Virus record (IMG/VR): IMGVR_UViG_3300044445_000196
Origin: an uncultured virus (IMG/VR IMGVR_UViG_3300044445_000196)
Lineage: Duplodnaviria > Heunggongvirae > Uroviricota > Caudoviricetes
Reading direction: 5' to 3' (one strand)
DNA length: 64,000 nucleotides
This document shows positions 28,650-38,180 of the stretch, piece after piece; within the stretch, counting starts at the first letter, position 1; each line of letters begins with the position of its first letter. Position numbers and translations under genes: made by a program. A model generated the notes under the pieces. That model did not search any database. It saw only the letters and a program-made list of their open reading frames with translations, and was not told the origin of the DNA.

Positions 28650-29630
28650 ATGCCAAATCCATATGCCGTCTTCGGCGGCGTCACCGTCGCCACCATCGTT
28701 GCCGCCTTCGGCATCCTCGCCGTGCCCGGGTGGGTCGCTTACGCGCAGGACGCCGCTGCCATGCGCGACCTCGGTCAGGTCAGCCAGGCGCAGGCCAACT
28801 CCTACACCCTGACCAAGACCTACGCGTCGGACATCGAGTCGTTCAACGACAGCGAGTGGGGCGTGGACATCACCCTCTCGCAGGGCGTCAAACTCGTCGC
28901 CCTCGAAGGCACTGAGGCGTCCTGGTGCGCCGCCGTCCTGTCGCAGACGGGCACCTATTTCGCCGCCACCGGCGAGAGCTCGCAGCTGGGTTCCGGTGAC
29001 ACCGCGGCCGAAGCGCTGGTCAACGCCGAGTGCGACCCGAACCCGCCCAAGACCGAGCCGACGCCAACCCCCGAGGCCACCACCCCGGCGTCGGAGACGA
29101 CCCCGACGCCGGCACCGACCGCGACCACGCCTGCGGTGACCCCGACGCCGTCCACGACGGTGCCCCCGAAGGTCACCCCCACCCCGCAGCCGACCGCGTC
29201 GACGCCGCCGACGACCACGCCGACCCCCGCGGCAACGACCCCGCCGAAGGTCACGCCCACGACGCCGCCGCGGTCCACCCCGACGCCGTCGCCGAGCCGG
29301 ACGCCGAACCCGGGCACGACCACCTCGCCGTGGACCTGCTCGAACATGAACGCCGGCGGCCGCGACTACAACACCGGCTGGGGCGGCACGTCCACCTCCA
29401 ACAACGGCGCCACCCAGACGTGCAACACCAGCACCGGAACGGTGACGCAGCAGGCCGGCGGCGGCACCACCACCACGGATGGCGGGCAGACCGTCATCAT
29501 CCGCAACGGTGTCACCACCACCTACTCCTCGACCGGAGAGATCATCTCGCAGACCGGCGGGGGCACCTCCACCAGCGGTGGCGGCTCCGCCTACATTGGC
29601 GGAAACAACACCGGCATCATCAAGCGGTGA
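28650..29630 (+). CDS. Surface protein: pilin-like N-terminus, Pro/Thr stalk, Gly/Thr-rich tip
   Basis: N-terminal ~135 aa paralogous to 25397; GCCGCAGGGG at 28595. Confidence 0.85.
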   Translation: MPNPYAVFGGVTVATIVAAFGILAVPGWVAYAQDAAAMRDLGQVSQAQANSYTLTKTYASDIESFNDSEWGVDITLSQGVKLVALEGTEASWCAAVLSQTGTYFAATGESSQLGSGDTAAEALVNAECDPNPPKTEPTPTPEATTPASETTPTPAPTATTPAVTPTPSTTVPPKVTPTPQPTASTPPTTTPTPAATTPPKVTPTTPPRSTPTPSPSRTPNPGTTTSPWTCSNMNAGGRDYNTGWGGTSTSNNGATQTCNTSTGTVTQQAGGGTTTTDGGQTVIIRNGVTTTYSSTGEIISQTGGGTSTSGGGSAYIGGNNTGIIKR

Positions 29631-29634
29631 CACC

Positions 29635-29669
29635 CGAAAGGGGCCAGGTGCAGCGCCTGGCCCCTTTCG
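29635..29669 (+). terminator. Intrinsic terminator
   Basis: CGAAAGGGGCCAGG...CCTGGCCCCTTTCG. Confidence 0.75.
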
Positions 29670-29761
29670 CGCGCCGTCGACGTCGCCGAAGCTCGCAGGC
29701 GGGAACCCGCCGGGCGCATAGGGGCCGGGCACACCACCCGGCCCCTTCGAACGGATCCACC

Positions 29762-30208
29762 ATGACCTCCGAGCTTCGCTTCAAGCTGCTCTCCCCCACC
29801 GCCACCGCCCCCACGCGCGCGCACGCCACCGACGCCGGCTTCGATCTCCATGCCGACGAGCACGTCACGCTCGAGCCCGGCGAGCACAAACTCATAGGGT
29901 GTGGCTTCGCGATGGCCCTGCCCGAGGGCACCGCTGGGCTCGTCTGCCCCCGTTCCGGCCTCGCCAGCAAGAGCGGCGTCACCGTCCTCAACGCCCCCGG
30001 CATCATCGACGCCGGCTACCGCGGCGAAACGAAGGTCATCCTCGTCAACCACGGCACCAAGCCCTTCCGCGTCTCCCCCGGGGACCGAATCGCCCAGCTC
30101 GTCATCACCCCGTTCCTCGCCCCGACCTTCATCGAAGCTCCCGTCACCGAGGACCCCACCGACCGCGGCATCCGCGGGTTCGGCTCGACCGGGGTCGCCG
30201 TCGCGTGA
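29762..30208 (+). CDS. dut: dUTP diphosphatase
   Basis: AGFDL, PRSGLA, GIIDAGYRGE, GDRIAQL, RGIRGFGSTG motifs. Confidence 0.97.
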   Translation: MTSELRFKLLSPTATAPTRAHATDAGFDLHADEHVTLEPGEHKLIGCGFAMALPEGTAGLVCPRSGLASKSGVTVLNAPGIIDAGYRGETKVILVNHGTKPFRVSPGDRIAQLVITPFLAPTFIEAPVTEDPTDRGIRGFGSTGVAVA

Positions 30209-30428
30209 CGGACCCGCCGGCGTCTGGCTTCCTCGGGAACATGCGACGCCGCTCGCGACCCTCGCCGGAGTTCGACCTCGATGGGGCTCTCATGCCCTGA
30301 TCCCGCAGGTGAGGAACCCGGAGGTGCCGCCCGCATGTATCGGGGGTGTCACAGACGCGCAGCTGCGCCGCGCATGGGATGGTTCACACCGTTCCGCGGC
30401 TCGACCGCACCAACCAAGGAGTCATCCG

Positions 30429-30695
30429 ATGAAGTCCCTCCGCACCGTGGCCGTCGCCATCGCGCTCGCCCTTCCCGTCTCGCTCGTCGCCGTTGCCGCC
30501 CCGGCCACCGCCGCCGAAACCACGTCCTGCGCCAGCGCCGGCAGCCGCTCGTACAACACCGGCATCGGCTACAAGAAGACCACCACGGTCACGTCATGCA
30601 CGACTGCCGGGGACCGCGCGTACACGAACAACACCGTCGCGAAGAACACCGGCGGCAAGCTCGTCGTCATCAACGGCAAGATCGTCCGCCGTTGA
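30429..30695 (+). CDS. Small secreted protein
   Basis: AAGGAG RBS, Sec signal ending ATA-A, two Cys. Confidence 0.8.
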   Translation: MKSLRTVAVAIALALPVSLVAVAAPATAAETTSCASAGSRSYNTGIGYKKTTTVTSCTTAGDRAYTNNTVAKNTGGKLVVINGKIVRR

Positions 30696-30714
30696 CGGCT
30701 CGCAGGCGCTGAGG

Positions 30715-30750
30715 AACAGCACGGACGCTCTGTCGCGTCCGTGCTGTTTC
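30715..30750 (+). terminator. Intrinsic terminator
   Basis: AACAGCACGGACGC...GCGTCCGTGCTGTT. Confidence 0.75.
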
Positions 30751-30957
30751 GTGTGGCCTGGCGCCGCAGGGTGGAGGGTGATCGGAGGCACGCATGCATG
30801 GCGACAGCACGCGGACTACCGCGGCGTGACGACCGACAGGAACTTGGCGCGCAACGACGTCCCGAATCTGGCCTGGAGTCAGCCCCGGCGCGTGGAACCC
30901 CTTCACCCGGCAGAACGAGGACCGAGGCACCGGCCCCCGCGCCGCAGGGTAGAGGTC

Positions 30958-31074
30958 GAGGCGTGTTCCCGTCTCACCACCCGGCCGTGCCGGGGCTGGC
31001 ATTCCTTCCTCGGCTGGTCCCGGCGCGGCGGAAACGGGAAGACCCCCGGCGCACTGGGGGATCGCCGGGGGTCT
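30958..31074 (+). ncRNA. Candidate small RNA with anti-SD-like loop
   Basis: Class C motif 30941-30950; 17-bp stem 30984-31000/31013-31029 with 4 G-U pairs; loop AUUCCUUCCUCG; terminal hairpin 31040-31074. Confidence 0.55.
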
Positions 31075-31156
31075 GATACGCGAGAACTCCCACGAGGGAG
31101 CTCGAAATCACGCACCCGAGCTCGCCTGGGGGGCAAGCGAGCTCAAGGTGTCGAGC

Positions 31157-31456
31157 CTATTCGATGAAGCCCTCCGTGGACGCGAGCTGCTCCTTCAGCG
31201 CGGCGAGCTCGGCGTTCTTCGCGTCGACGGCGGCCTGGGTTGCCTCGGAGGCGGCCTTGTTCTCGGCGACCGCGGCCTGCGCCTGCTCGAGCTCGGCGAC
31301 GGCTGCGGCGCGCTGTTCCTGCGCGTTCACCTCGACGCTGACGCCGACGGTGCCGGCGGCGATGATGGCGGCGAGCAGGACGATGGGCGTGGCTTTAGCG
31401 AGCTTCGGGCGAATGCCGGAGAGGCGGGGGCTGGTGGGGGAAGCGGTGGCGGTCAT
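31157..31456 (-). CDS. Small membrane-anchored coiled-coil protein
   Basis: GAAAGGA RBS, TM, Ala/Glu-rich helix. Confidence 0.75.
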   Translation of the reverse strand: MTATASPTSPRLSGIRPKLAKATPIVLLAAIIAAGTVGVSVEVNAQEQRAAAVAELEQAQAAVAENKAASEATQAAVDAKNAELAALKEQLASTEGFIE

Positions 31457-31496
31457 GGGGTTCCTTTCGGGGTCGTGGGGTGCATGCGCGGTGTCA

Positions 31497-32552
31497 TCAG
31501 CCGGGGATGACGCCGTCCCAGATGCCCGCCGCCCAGGCGACCTGTTCACCGGTGCAGCCGTACGTCGTGTACCCACCGAAGCGCTGCGTGACCATGCAGT
31601 CGGCGAGGAGTTCGATGTTGCTGCCGAACACGCGGTTATAGCCCGCCGACGGCATCAGGTCGTTGTACACGCGGTACTGGTAAATGTGAGCCAGCTCGTG
31701 ACGCATCGCGTACAGGCGGTAGAAGTCGGGGGTACTTGCGATGTCGGGGTGGACCATGATGCCGATGCTGTAGTCCGCGCAGGCGTTCGCCCAGGTACCG
31801 CCGCAGTTGCCGTCGTAGACGGAGAGGGCGAAGCGGCCACCGCCGGCGTCGTTGAGTTGCTGTCGCAGTTCTAGGAACCAGGGGTCGTTGCTGGTCGGTC
31901 CGCCGCCGCGACCGACGTTGTCGTTGACGCGTGCGGGGGTCCCGCCGGTGGTCTTTCCTCCCCCACCACCGCCACCGCTACTGGCACCGCCGCCGCTCGA
32001 CTTGGTCCCACCGCTTGAGCCCGAGCTGCCGCTGTTGCCGGAGGAGCTGCTCTTGGTGGCCTGCTTCTCTCGTGCCGCTTTGGCTGCGGCTTCCTCCGCG
32101 GCCTTCCGGGCGGCGTTGTCGAACTCGGTGATGACGGCCGCAAGCTCGACAGCGGCCGCTTCCACCGCGGCGGTCTGCTCCTGCACCGCGGAGGAGTCCG
32201 CCGCGGTGAGCACGGCCCGCTGCGCGTCGAGGACACGCTGGCGGTACGGTGCGGTGTCGACCTTCCCATCAGCCGCCCCGAGGATCTCCTTCGCAGCGCC
32301 GACGTGGGTGAGGAAGTCACCGCGCGCGTCGCGAGCGCCCTCGAGGCCTGCGACGGTCTTGGTGCGCTCAGTGAGCGCTCGCTCGGCGGATGTGTCCGCG
32401 GCGAGCGCGGATGCCGCCTGTTCCGCCTCTGCCGCGGTGGCGCGTATCGAGTCGGTTTCCTGGGCGGTGACGAGGGCGTACGCGCCGTACCCGCCCGCGC
32501 CGAGCACAAGGGCGGAGGCGAGCACGATGGACAGTACGGAGCGCTTCTGCAT
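31497..32552 (-). CDS. Secreted coiled-coil protein with C-terminal HExxH metallopeptidase-like domain
   Basis: Signal/TM, coiled coil, Gly/Ser linker, RHELAH...ELLADC; GCGCATAG 7 nt before ATG. Confidence 0.75.
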   Translation of the reverse strand: MQKRSVLSIVLASALVLGAGGYGAYALVTAQETDSIRATAAEAEQAASALAADTSAERALTERTKTVAGLEGARDARGDFLTHVGAAKEILGAADGKVDTAPYRQRVLDAQRAVLTAADSSAVQEQTAAVEAAAVELAAVITEFDNAARKAAEEAAAKAAREKQATKSSSSGNSGSSGSSGGTKSSGGGASSGGGGGGGKTTGGTPARVNDNVGRGGGPTSNDPWFLELRQQLNDAGGGRFALSVYDGNCGGTWANACADYSIGIMVHPDIASTPDFYRLYAMRHELAHIYQYRVYNDLMPSAGYNRVFGSNIELLADCMVTQRFGGYTTYGCTGEQVAWAAGIWDGVIPG

Positions 32553-32641
32553 GCGCGCTCTATGCGCCACGTCGCGGCGTGCGCGGAGGCCGTGTTCATA
32601 CTCCGGCCGTCAGATGGTGTGGGACGGCGCATAGTGGACCG

Positions 32642-33019
32642 ATGACCGACGCCAACGACCCTGACGACGACGGTCGCATCCGCGTCTTCGTGAACTCGAA
32701 CCTCGGGTGGTCCCGCGGGAAGATGGCCGCTCACGTGGCCCACACTGTGCTCACCGCCGCCGGCGTCCACCCGGACGTCCCCATTGTCGTGCTCGGCGCG
32801 AAACCGCGCACCATCGAGGAGATGGCGACCCATATCCGCGACGAGGGCCGCACGGAACTCGAGCCCGGAACGCTCACGGCGGGGACCGACTACGTCTTCG
32901 CGTCCGCGGCCGCGCGCGAGGAAGCTGTCGCAAGGCTCCTCGCGCTCGCCCAGGATGCCGACGACCCGAAGCTCACCATCGAGCTCACCGAGATCCTCGC
33001 GCTGCTCAACGTCCGCTGA
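32642..33019 (+). CDS. Peptidyl-tRNA hydrolase PTH2-like protein
   Basis: SRGKMAAHVAH...IRDEGRTELEPGTLT; GCGCATAG 7 nt before ATG. Confidence 0.8.
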   Translation: MTDANDPDDDGRIRVFVNSNLGWSRGKMAAHVAHTVLTAAGVHPDVPIVVLGAKPRTIEEMATHIRDEGRTELEPGTLTAGTDYVFASAAAREEAVARLLALAQDADDPKLTIELTEILALLNVR

Positions 33020-33046
33020 GCGGCGAGCGCCGCGCATGGATGAGGC

Positions 33047-33544
33047 ATGAGCCTCGACCTTCTCTCGCGCGAAGACCAGCGCGTGCTCGACAACGCCCCG
33101 TGTCCCCGCTGCGCAGGCGACCGGCTCCGTACCGACTTCACCGGCTCCGGCCGCTGCCACGCCGAACGCCCCGCCGAGCCGACGGGCGCCGGCGACTGGG
33201 CACGCGGGGTGGCCGCGGCCTACGACGACTACGCCAACACCCGCTTCCCCGACAGCCGTGATGCGCGCGTGCGTCTGCACCGCACCGCCGAAGCCTGGCG
33301 CACTGCAGCGCTGCGCTACGACGAGGAGGGCGCCCCGGAGCCGACGACAGAGCTGGCGGTGGGGCAGGTCTGGCAGAGCGACCGAGACGGGCTCAGCATC
33401 CGCCTGCGCCGTCGCCTTGACCCGCTCGGCTGGTGGTACGACATCCTGGACCCCGGCCACATCCGAAACGGCGGTGAGATGTTCACGGCCATCATCCTCG
33501 AGCGGATGACGCTCCGCCACATCCCCACGGAGCCCTCATGCTGA
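33047..33544 (+). CDS. Hypothetical protein with CxxC
   Basis: GCGCATGG 7 nt before ATG. Confidence 0.7.
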   Translation: MSLDLLSREDQRVLDNAPCPRCAGDRLRTDFTGSGRCHAERPAEPTGAGDWARGVAAAYDDYANTRFPDSRDARVRLHRTAEAWRTAALRYDEEGAPEPTTELAVGQVWQSDRDGLSIRLRRRLDPLGWWYDILDPGHIRNGGEMFTAIILERMTLRHIPTEPSC

Positions 33545-33951
33545 CCCTCATCGGCAAGCGCACGGAACCGCTGAACATCTCCCTCCCCGACTTCGACAAG
33601 GGCCACCGCTGCCCCGGCTGGTCGGGCGAGGGCTGGAAGTTTAACGCGGTCAACTGGTGCAACGATGAACTCGCCCCCGGCGAGCGCCGGTGGGCGATGA
33701 CGGTGCGCCGCGGCGCGCGCCGCCCCGACGTCGAGGACATCTTCGACCTGCCCGGCTTCTACTCCTGGCGGCTGCGTCGGACCAACTGCTGCAATACCAT
33801 CGTGCTGCCCCAGTGGACGATGTACCTGGCGCCCGGGTCGTGGCGCATCGAGCGCCTGAGCTACGGCGGCCTCTACTTCGGCCCCGCCTGGAGGCTGCTG
33901 TCGAACCCGTTCCGCCGTGTGTGGTGGCGCATCGAGGCTCGCTGGCTCTGA
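33538..33951 (+). CDS. Hypothetical Trp/Cys-rich protein
   Basis: GGAG RBS, overlaps upstream gene. Confidence 0.65.
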   Translation: MLTLIGKRTEPLNISLPDFDKGHRCPGWSGEGWKFNAVNWCNDELAPGERRWAMTVRRGARRPDVEDIFDLPGFYSWRLRRTNCCNTIVLPQWTMYLAPGSWRIERLSYGGLYFGPAWRLLSNPFRRVWWRIEARWL

Positions 33952-33973
33952 CCGTCGCCGCAGGGTGTCGGGG

Positions 33974-34597
33974 GTGACCACCCTCGACACCTCCTCCTTC
34001 GACGCTCCCCTCCAACTGGTTCGCATGGGCCAGCTCTTCGACACGCACGTGCTGCTGCGCTACGTCGGCGACCCCGACCCCGCGGCCATCCCCATCACCG
34101 CCGACGAGCACCGGCTTCTGAAGGGTCTGGACCCGGCGGCGTTCGACTACAAGGGCCTGCGCCCCGGACAGCGAGCGAGCGTGCTCGACCTCATCGAACG
34201 CGACCTCATCCGCGCCGTCGAACCCACCGACGGGTTCCGCGCGTACTCCTGGGCGCTGGATGTCACCGCCCCCATCACCGTCATGCGTTCGCCGTTCGAG
34301 CCCGGGTACATGTGCGTTGCGCAGGGCCGTTCCTTCGACCTGACCGAGATGGCCAACCCGCTCCTGGACGCGATGGACGGTGTGCGCACCGTCGCCGATG
34401 TCACGGCTGCGATGCAGGACCGGGTTCTCAGCGCACCGGACGGTCGCGGGGTCATCGAATCGGCGCGGGAAGCCGGCACCACCTTCTACGTCCAGCTGTG
34501 CGACGCCGGAATGTCCCTGACCCGGGGCCTCGTCACGTCCGGTGCCGCCACCGCGATCCCCGCACGCCGCGTGGTCGAGGTACCGGTCGCCGCCTGA
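33974..34597 (+). CDS. Hypothetical protein with PqqD/RRE-like C-terminal segment
   Basis: FDLTEMANPLLDAMDGVRTVADV; class C motif 7 nt before GTG. Confidence 0.65.
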   Translation: MTTLDTSSFDAPLQLVRMGQLFDTHVLLRYVGDPDPAAIPITADEHRLLKGLDPAAFDYKGLRPGQRASVLDLIERDLIRAVEPTDGFRAYSWALDVTAPITVMRSPFEPGYMCVAQGRSFDLTEMANPLLDAMDGVRTVADVTAAMQDRVLSAPDGRGVIESAREAGTTFYVQLCDAGMSLTRGLVTSGAATAIPARRVVEVPVAA

Positions 34598-34632
34598 CAC
34601 CGCGCATGGTCACCCCGACCATCGGAGGACCC

Positions 34633-35163
34633 ATGCCCAGCACCTGCGCCGAGACCGGCTGCACCCAGACCGTCGCGCCTTCCTGGGGTTCGCTCTGGTG
34701 TGCGATGCACGACGAAGAGCACCTCATCGTGTTCGAGCTGATGCGTGACGCCGCGGACGCGGCCCACACCCAGGTCGTCCACGAGCTCACCGTCGGCGCC
34801 ATCGACAAGCGACTGCAGCATTTCGTCGCCCGGGACGACGTCGGCGACCTCGCCAACATCAACGCCGCCCGCGCCGCACTCCTTGCCGCGAACGCCGCCC
34901 TCGGCGCCCTCGAAGACGGCGGACACCTCGTCCCGGAAGGCGCTCGCACCGAACGCCGCTACCAGGTTGCCGCCGACGGCGAACCGGTCACCGAGCTGCT
35001 CACGCCCGACGGGTTCGAGGCATGGATGAAGCAGAACACCCTGCCCGCCTCCCACGACGTCCTCGTGCACCGCACCATCGTCACCACGATCCCCCGTCTC
35101 CTCCCCGCCGCGTTCATCGAGACCGCGGCCCCCGCCGAGCCCGTGCCGGAGGACGCCTTCTGA
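34633..35163 (+). CDS. Hypothetical protein with N-terminal C/H cluster
   Basis: GGAGG RBS; C..C...C..H. Confidence 0.7.
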   Translation: MPSTCAETGCTQTVAPSWGSLWCAMHDEEHLIVFELMRDAADAAHTQVVHELTVGAIDKRLQHFVARDDVGDLANINAARAALLAANAALGALEDGGHLVPEGARTERRYQVAADGEPVTELLTPDGFEAWMKQNTLPASHDVLVHRTIVTTIPRLLPAAFIETAAPAEPVPEDAF

Positions 35164-35315
35164 GCACATGGACCCGATGAACCTCACCTGCACCGTCATC
35201 GGGGTGGCACTCATCACCGGGGGCATCCTCGTCGCCGTCAGCGGACACCGCGAGGCTCCCGACGAGGACGTCGACCCCGAACACCCTCCCACCGGCATCC
35301 ACCTCTGAGGACACC

Positions 35316-35546
35316 ATGCCCACCACCGACGCCTCCCCCGCACCGGTAGACCCCACGCTGCCCGAGGGCTTCCGCTGGGCCGCCTGCAGCCAACGGCTGT
35401 CCATCACCGCGGCCGCACACCGTCACGCGGTCCGCCGTGGCGCGCTGGACACCGTCTGCGGGCACTCCGCCACCCACACCGACATCTGGCGCGCGAACAG
35501 CACCAAGCCCGCCTGCCCCGCCTGCACCGAAAGGCTCACCTCATGA
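35316..35546 (+). CDS. Small putative Zn-finger protein
   Basis: H...CG...CPAC. Confidence 0.65.
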   Translation: MPTTDASPAPVDPTLPEGFRWAACSQRLSITAAAHRHAVRRGALDTVCGHSATHTDIWRANSTKPACPACTERLTS

Positions 35547-36373
35547 CCCAGATCCACGTCAACGAGCAGATGCTCACCTCCGCCGTCCGCTACGCCATCG
35601 GCCGCATGACCTACGTCGTGAGCATGACCTGCGCTGCAGTCCGTGGGTCGTGGGATCAGCTGAGCCCGCAGGCCCAGGCCGTCATCGCGCGCGACATCGA
35701 GCACGCTCTCGCCGTCGCCGGCGGCCGCGGCGACACCGTCAGCATGGACATGGACCACCGGGACTGGGCTGACCTGCTCACCTGGATCCGCGAGCGCCCC
35801 GTCGACGACGACTCCGGTCCGGAGACCGGTTATCCGAGCGACGCGGAGCTGCGGAAGCTCGCGACCTTCACCGGCAGCCCCCGTGAGCTGATGGAGTACG
35901 CCCAGACGCTCTGGCGCGGTGGCGCAGGCACCTCGTTGAAGGTCGTCGAACGATGGGGGCGCCCTCACCACCGCGTCTCCTTCGTCACCGGCGGATGGAG
36001 CGGATGCGAGAGCGTCATCGGCGTCCTCAACGCCACGCTCGCGGTCATGTACGCCCGCGAGTGGCGGTACGGCGGGATGTACGTGTTCGAGTTCCCCGCC
36101 GACCTCTGGGAAAGCGACGTCTCCTGGGACTGGTCCGCACGGAGCCACGACGACGCGATGCCCCCGCAGGTCGCCGAAGCACGCGACCGCCTCGCGCACC
36201 TCGAACAGCAGGTCGAAGCGCACCGCGCGTACCTGACCAGCATGGTCGGCGTGAAGCACCCCGACCCGCACGACGACAGCTTCGTCGACGCGCTCCTCCA
36301 CCTCGAACAGCGCCTCGCACCCGCACCTGCCGCGGGCGCGCCGGTCCCATTCGGGCCCTCGTGGACGCCGTGA
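35543..36373 (+). CDS. Phage-type hypothetical protein
   Basis: AVRYAIGRMTY and TGGWSGCE segments; ATGA overlap. Confidence 0.75.
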   Translation: MTQIHVNEQMLTSAVRYAIGRMTYVVSMTCAAVRGSWDQLSPQAQAVIARDIEHALAVAGGRGDTVSMDMDHRDWADLLTWIRERPVDDDSGPETGYPSDAELRKLATFTGSPRELMEYAQTLWRGGAGTSLKVVERWGRPHHRVSFVTGGWSGCESVIGVLNATLAVMYAREWRYGGMYVFEFPADLWESDVSWDWSARSHDDAMPPQVAEARDRLAHLEQQVEAHRAYLTSMVGVKHPDPHDDSFVDALLHLEQRLAPAPAAGAPVPFGPSWTP

Positions 36374-36780
36374 CCTCGGGAACGTGGGGGCCGGGACCCT
36401 ACGACAGCGATGCCGGGCACACGTACCTCACCGACCTTCAATACGGCCTCCTCGGCGACGACCAACCGGCGCCGACCGTCCTCCTCGCGATGCCCGCAAC
36501 CACCCGCGAGCTCGCCCAGCAGCAGTACGCTCTCGCAGCGCTCATCGCTGTGGCGACCGGGGCGGACACCGCCCTGCATGTCCCCGCCGCGGTCACGCAC
36601 CTCGCCGCGGACAGCGACCAGGAGTGGGCAGGGCTGCTTTCCGCCGCCCGGGACGCCCTGAACGAGCTCCTCAGCGACCCGTACGCACTGATCTGGCAGG
36701 GGTGGGACGACGGCGCCCTCCTCGTGAAACGGCGGGTCCGTGTCCTCCGAGCGCTCCTGCACCGCGCATGTGAGAGCTGA
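36370..36780 (+). CDS. DUF4259-like protein
   Basis: GTWGPGPYDSD N-terminus. Confidence 0.55.
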   Translation: MTSGTWGPGPYDSDAGHTYLTDLQYGLLGDDQPAPTVLLAMPATTRELAQQQYALAALIAVATGADTALHVPAAVTHLAADSDQEWAGLLSAARDALNELLSDPYALIWQGWDDGALLVKRRVRVLRALLHRACES

Positions 36781-36805
36781 CCCGCTCCGCGCGAAAGGAC
36801 CGACC

Positions 36806-37279
36806 ATGGACTTCCTCGCCACCCTCCCCCTCGGCACGCTCTTCACCTACCCCACTGCTCGGCAGCACTGCCGCGACGGTCAGGCCGTCCTCGTGGAGTA
36901 CCAGGGTCGGCGCGTGCTCATCGACACGTACTGGGGACGTACCAGCGCCAGCATCGACGACCACTTCCTCACCGATGACGAGCGGGCCGCGGCCACCGTG
37001 TCGTTCCGTCCCGACCACCACCGGGAGATCACCGCGTGGCAGGCGGAGGTCCACGGTGACGCCGCGGTCAAGGTCACCTGGCAGCACAGCTGCTACCAGC
37101 AGTTCTACGTCACCAACGACACCCCTGAGCTGACGGAGATCGACTACGCCCGCCACCAGCTCGCGAGCGACGAGGCGGGACTCGCCGAGGCCGAGGCCAC
37201 AGTCGAGCGCCGACGCTCCAGCATCGAGCGCGGACGCCGCCGCATCGCCGAGCTCGAGAGCGCCGTGGTGCCGGTATGA
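36806..37279 (+). CDS. Hypothetical protein
   Basis: AAAGGA RBS; C-terminal coiled coil. Confidence 0.75.
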   Translation: MDFLATLPLGTLFTYPTARQHCRDGQAVLVEYQGRRVLIDTYWGRTSASIDDHFLTDDERAAATVSFRPDHHREITAWQAEVHGDAAVKVTWQHSCYQQFYVTNDTPELTEIDYARHQLASDEAGLAEAEATVERRRSSIERGRRRIAELESAVVPV

Positions 37280-37809
37280 GCGGCGGTGCGTTCGCCTGCC
37301 ACGGCGTTCAGGTGAGCCTGGACGACATCATCACGATGGTCGAGGAGACCTCCGAGGAGTCGTGGCAGACGGAGGTCGTCCGCTCAGCGGACGGCACTCG
37401 CAACTGCTTCTTCGGCCACCTGCATGCGCTCGGCGTCACCCTCGCCGCCGACGTGTCTGCCGAGGCCCTGCCCCGCTCCACGCGCCCCGACATCACCCCC
37501 GGCGATTACATCGGATCCCGCCTCTGGGACTGGTTCGAAAGTGCGTGGGCGACCACGTACGCCATCTACCCCGTCAACGACGGGACGAACCCCGCATACC
37601 CGCAGCAGACCCCACGTCAGCGAGTCCTGGCGTACTTGCGAGCCCTGCACTCCGGCATGGAGCTGACCACGGAGGAGTCGCTGGACGACCAGTTCCATGG
37701 TCGCTTCGGCGGGGAAGACTGCGGCGTCGCGTACCCGCACCTGCCCCTGTCGACGGGTGATGACACCGTCTGCCGGCGCTGCAAACGACCCTTGGAGATC
37801 CTCGTATGA
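37276..37809 (+). CDS. Hypothetical protein
   Basis: ATGA overlap; NCFFGH, VNDG..PAY motifs. Confidence 0.7.
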   Translation: MSGGAFACHGVQVSLDDIITMVEETSEESWQTEVVRSADGTRNCFFGHLHALGVTLAADVSAEALPRSTRPDITPGDYIGSRLWDWFESAWATTYAIYPVNDGTNPAYPQQTPRQRVLAYLRALHSGMELTTEESLDDQFHGRFGGEDCGVAYPHLPLSTGDDTVCRRCKRPLEILV

Positions 37810-38180
37810 GCACCGTGGTGAATCTGCGACCGCGCGCCGAGAGCGTGACCGCGCTCCTCCTGGAAGACGGCGTCACCTCCGCGGGCGACATCGAGTCGTT
37901 CTGCGGTGAGGGAAACGTCAACGTCGGGCGCGTCGACGGCGATGACCGGGACCTGCGGTGGATTCACGTGACCACCCCCGCCGGGGTCGTCGAAGCACGG
38001 TACAGCGACTGGCTGGTCCAGCTCGCGCCTGGCGTTGTCATCGTCGTCCCGTCCGATGCGGTGATGGCAGCCTTCACCCCCGCGACCGACGAGGATGCCG
38101 GGCGGATGCGTCAGGCGCTCCGTCCCGACCCGATGCTGGTCACGGCCACCGCTCTCGCGCGGTCCCTCCGGACTGGCTGA
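37806..38180 (+). CDS. Hypothetical protein
   Basis: ATGA overlap. Confidence 0.65.
   Translation: MSTVVNLRPRAESVTALLLEDGVTSAGDIESFCGEGNVNVGRVDGDDRDLRWIHVTTPAGVVEARYSDWLVQLAPGVVIVVPSDAVMAAFTPATDEDAGRMRQALRPDPMLVTATALARSLRTG

Noticed and set aside
29040..29330. Pro/Thr-coding repeats as a DNA repeat element
   Set aside because: Low-complexity protein linker.
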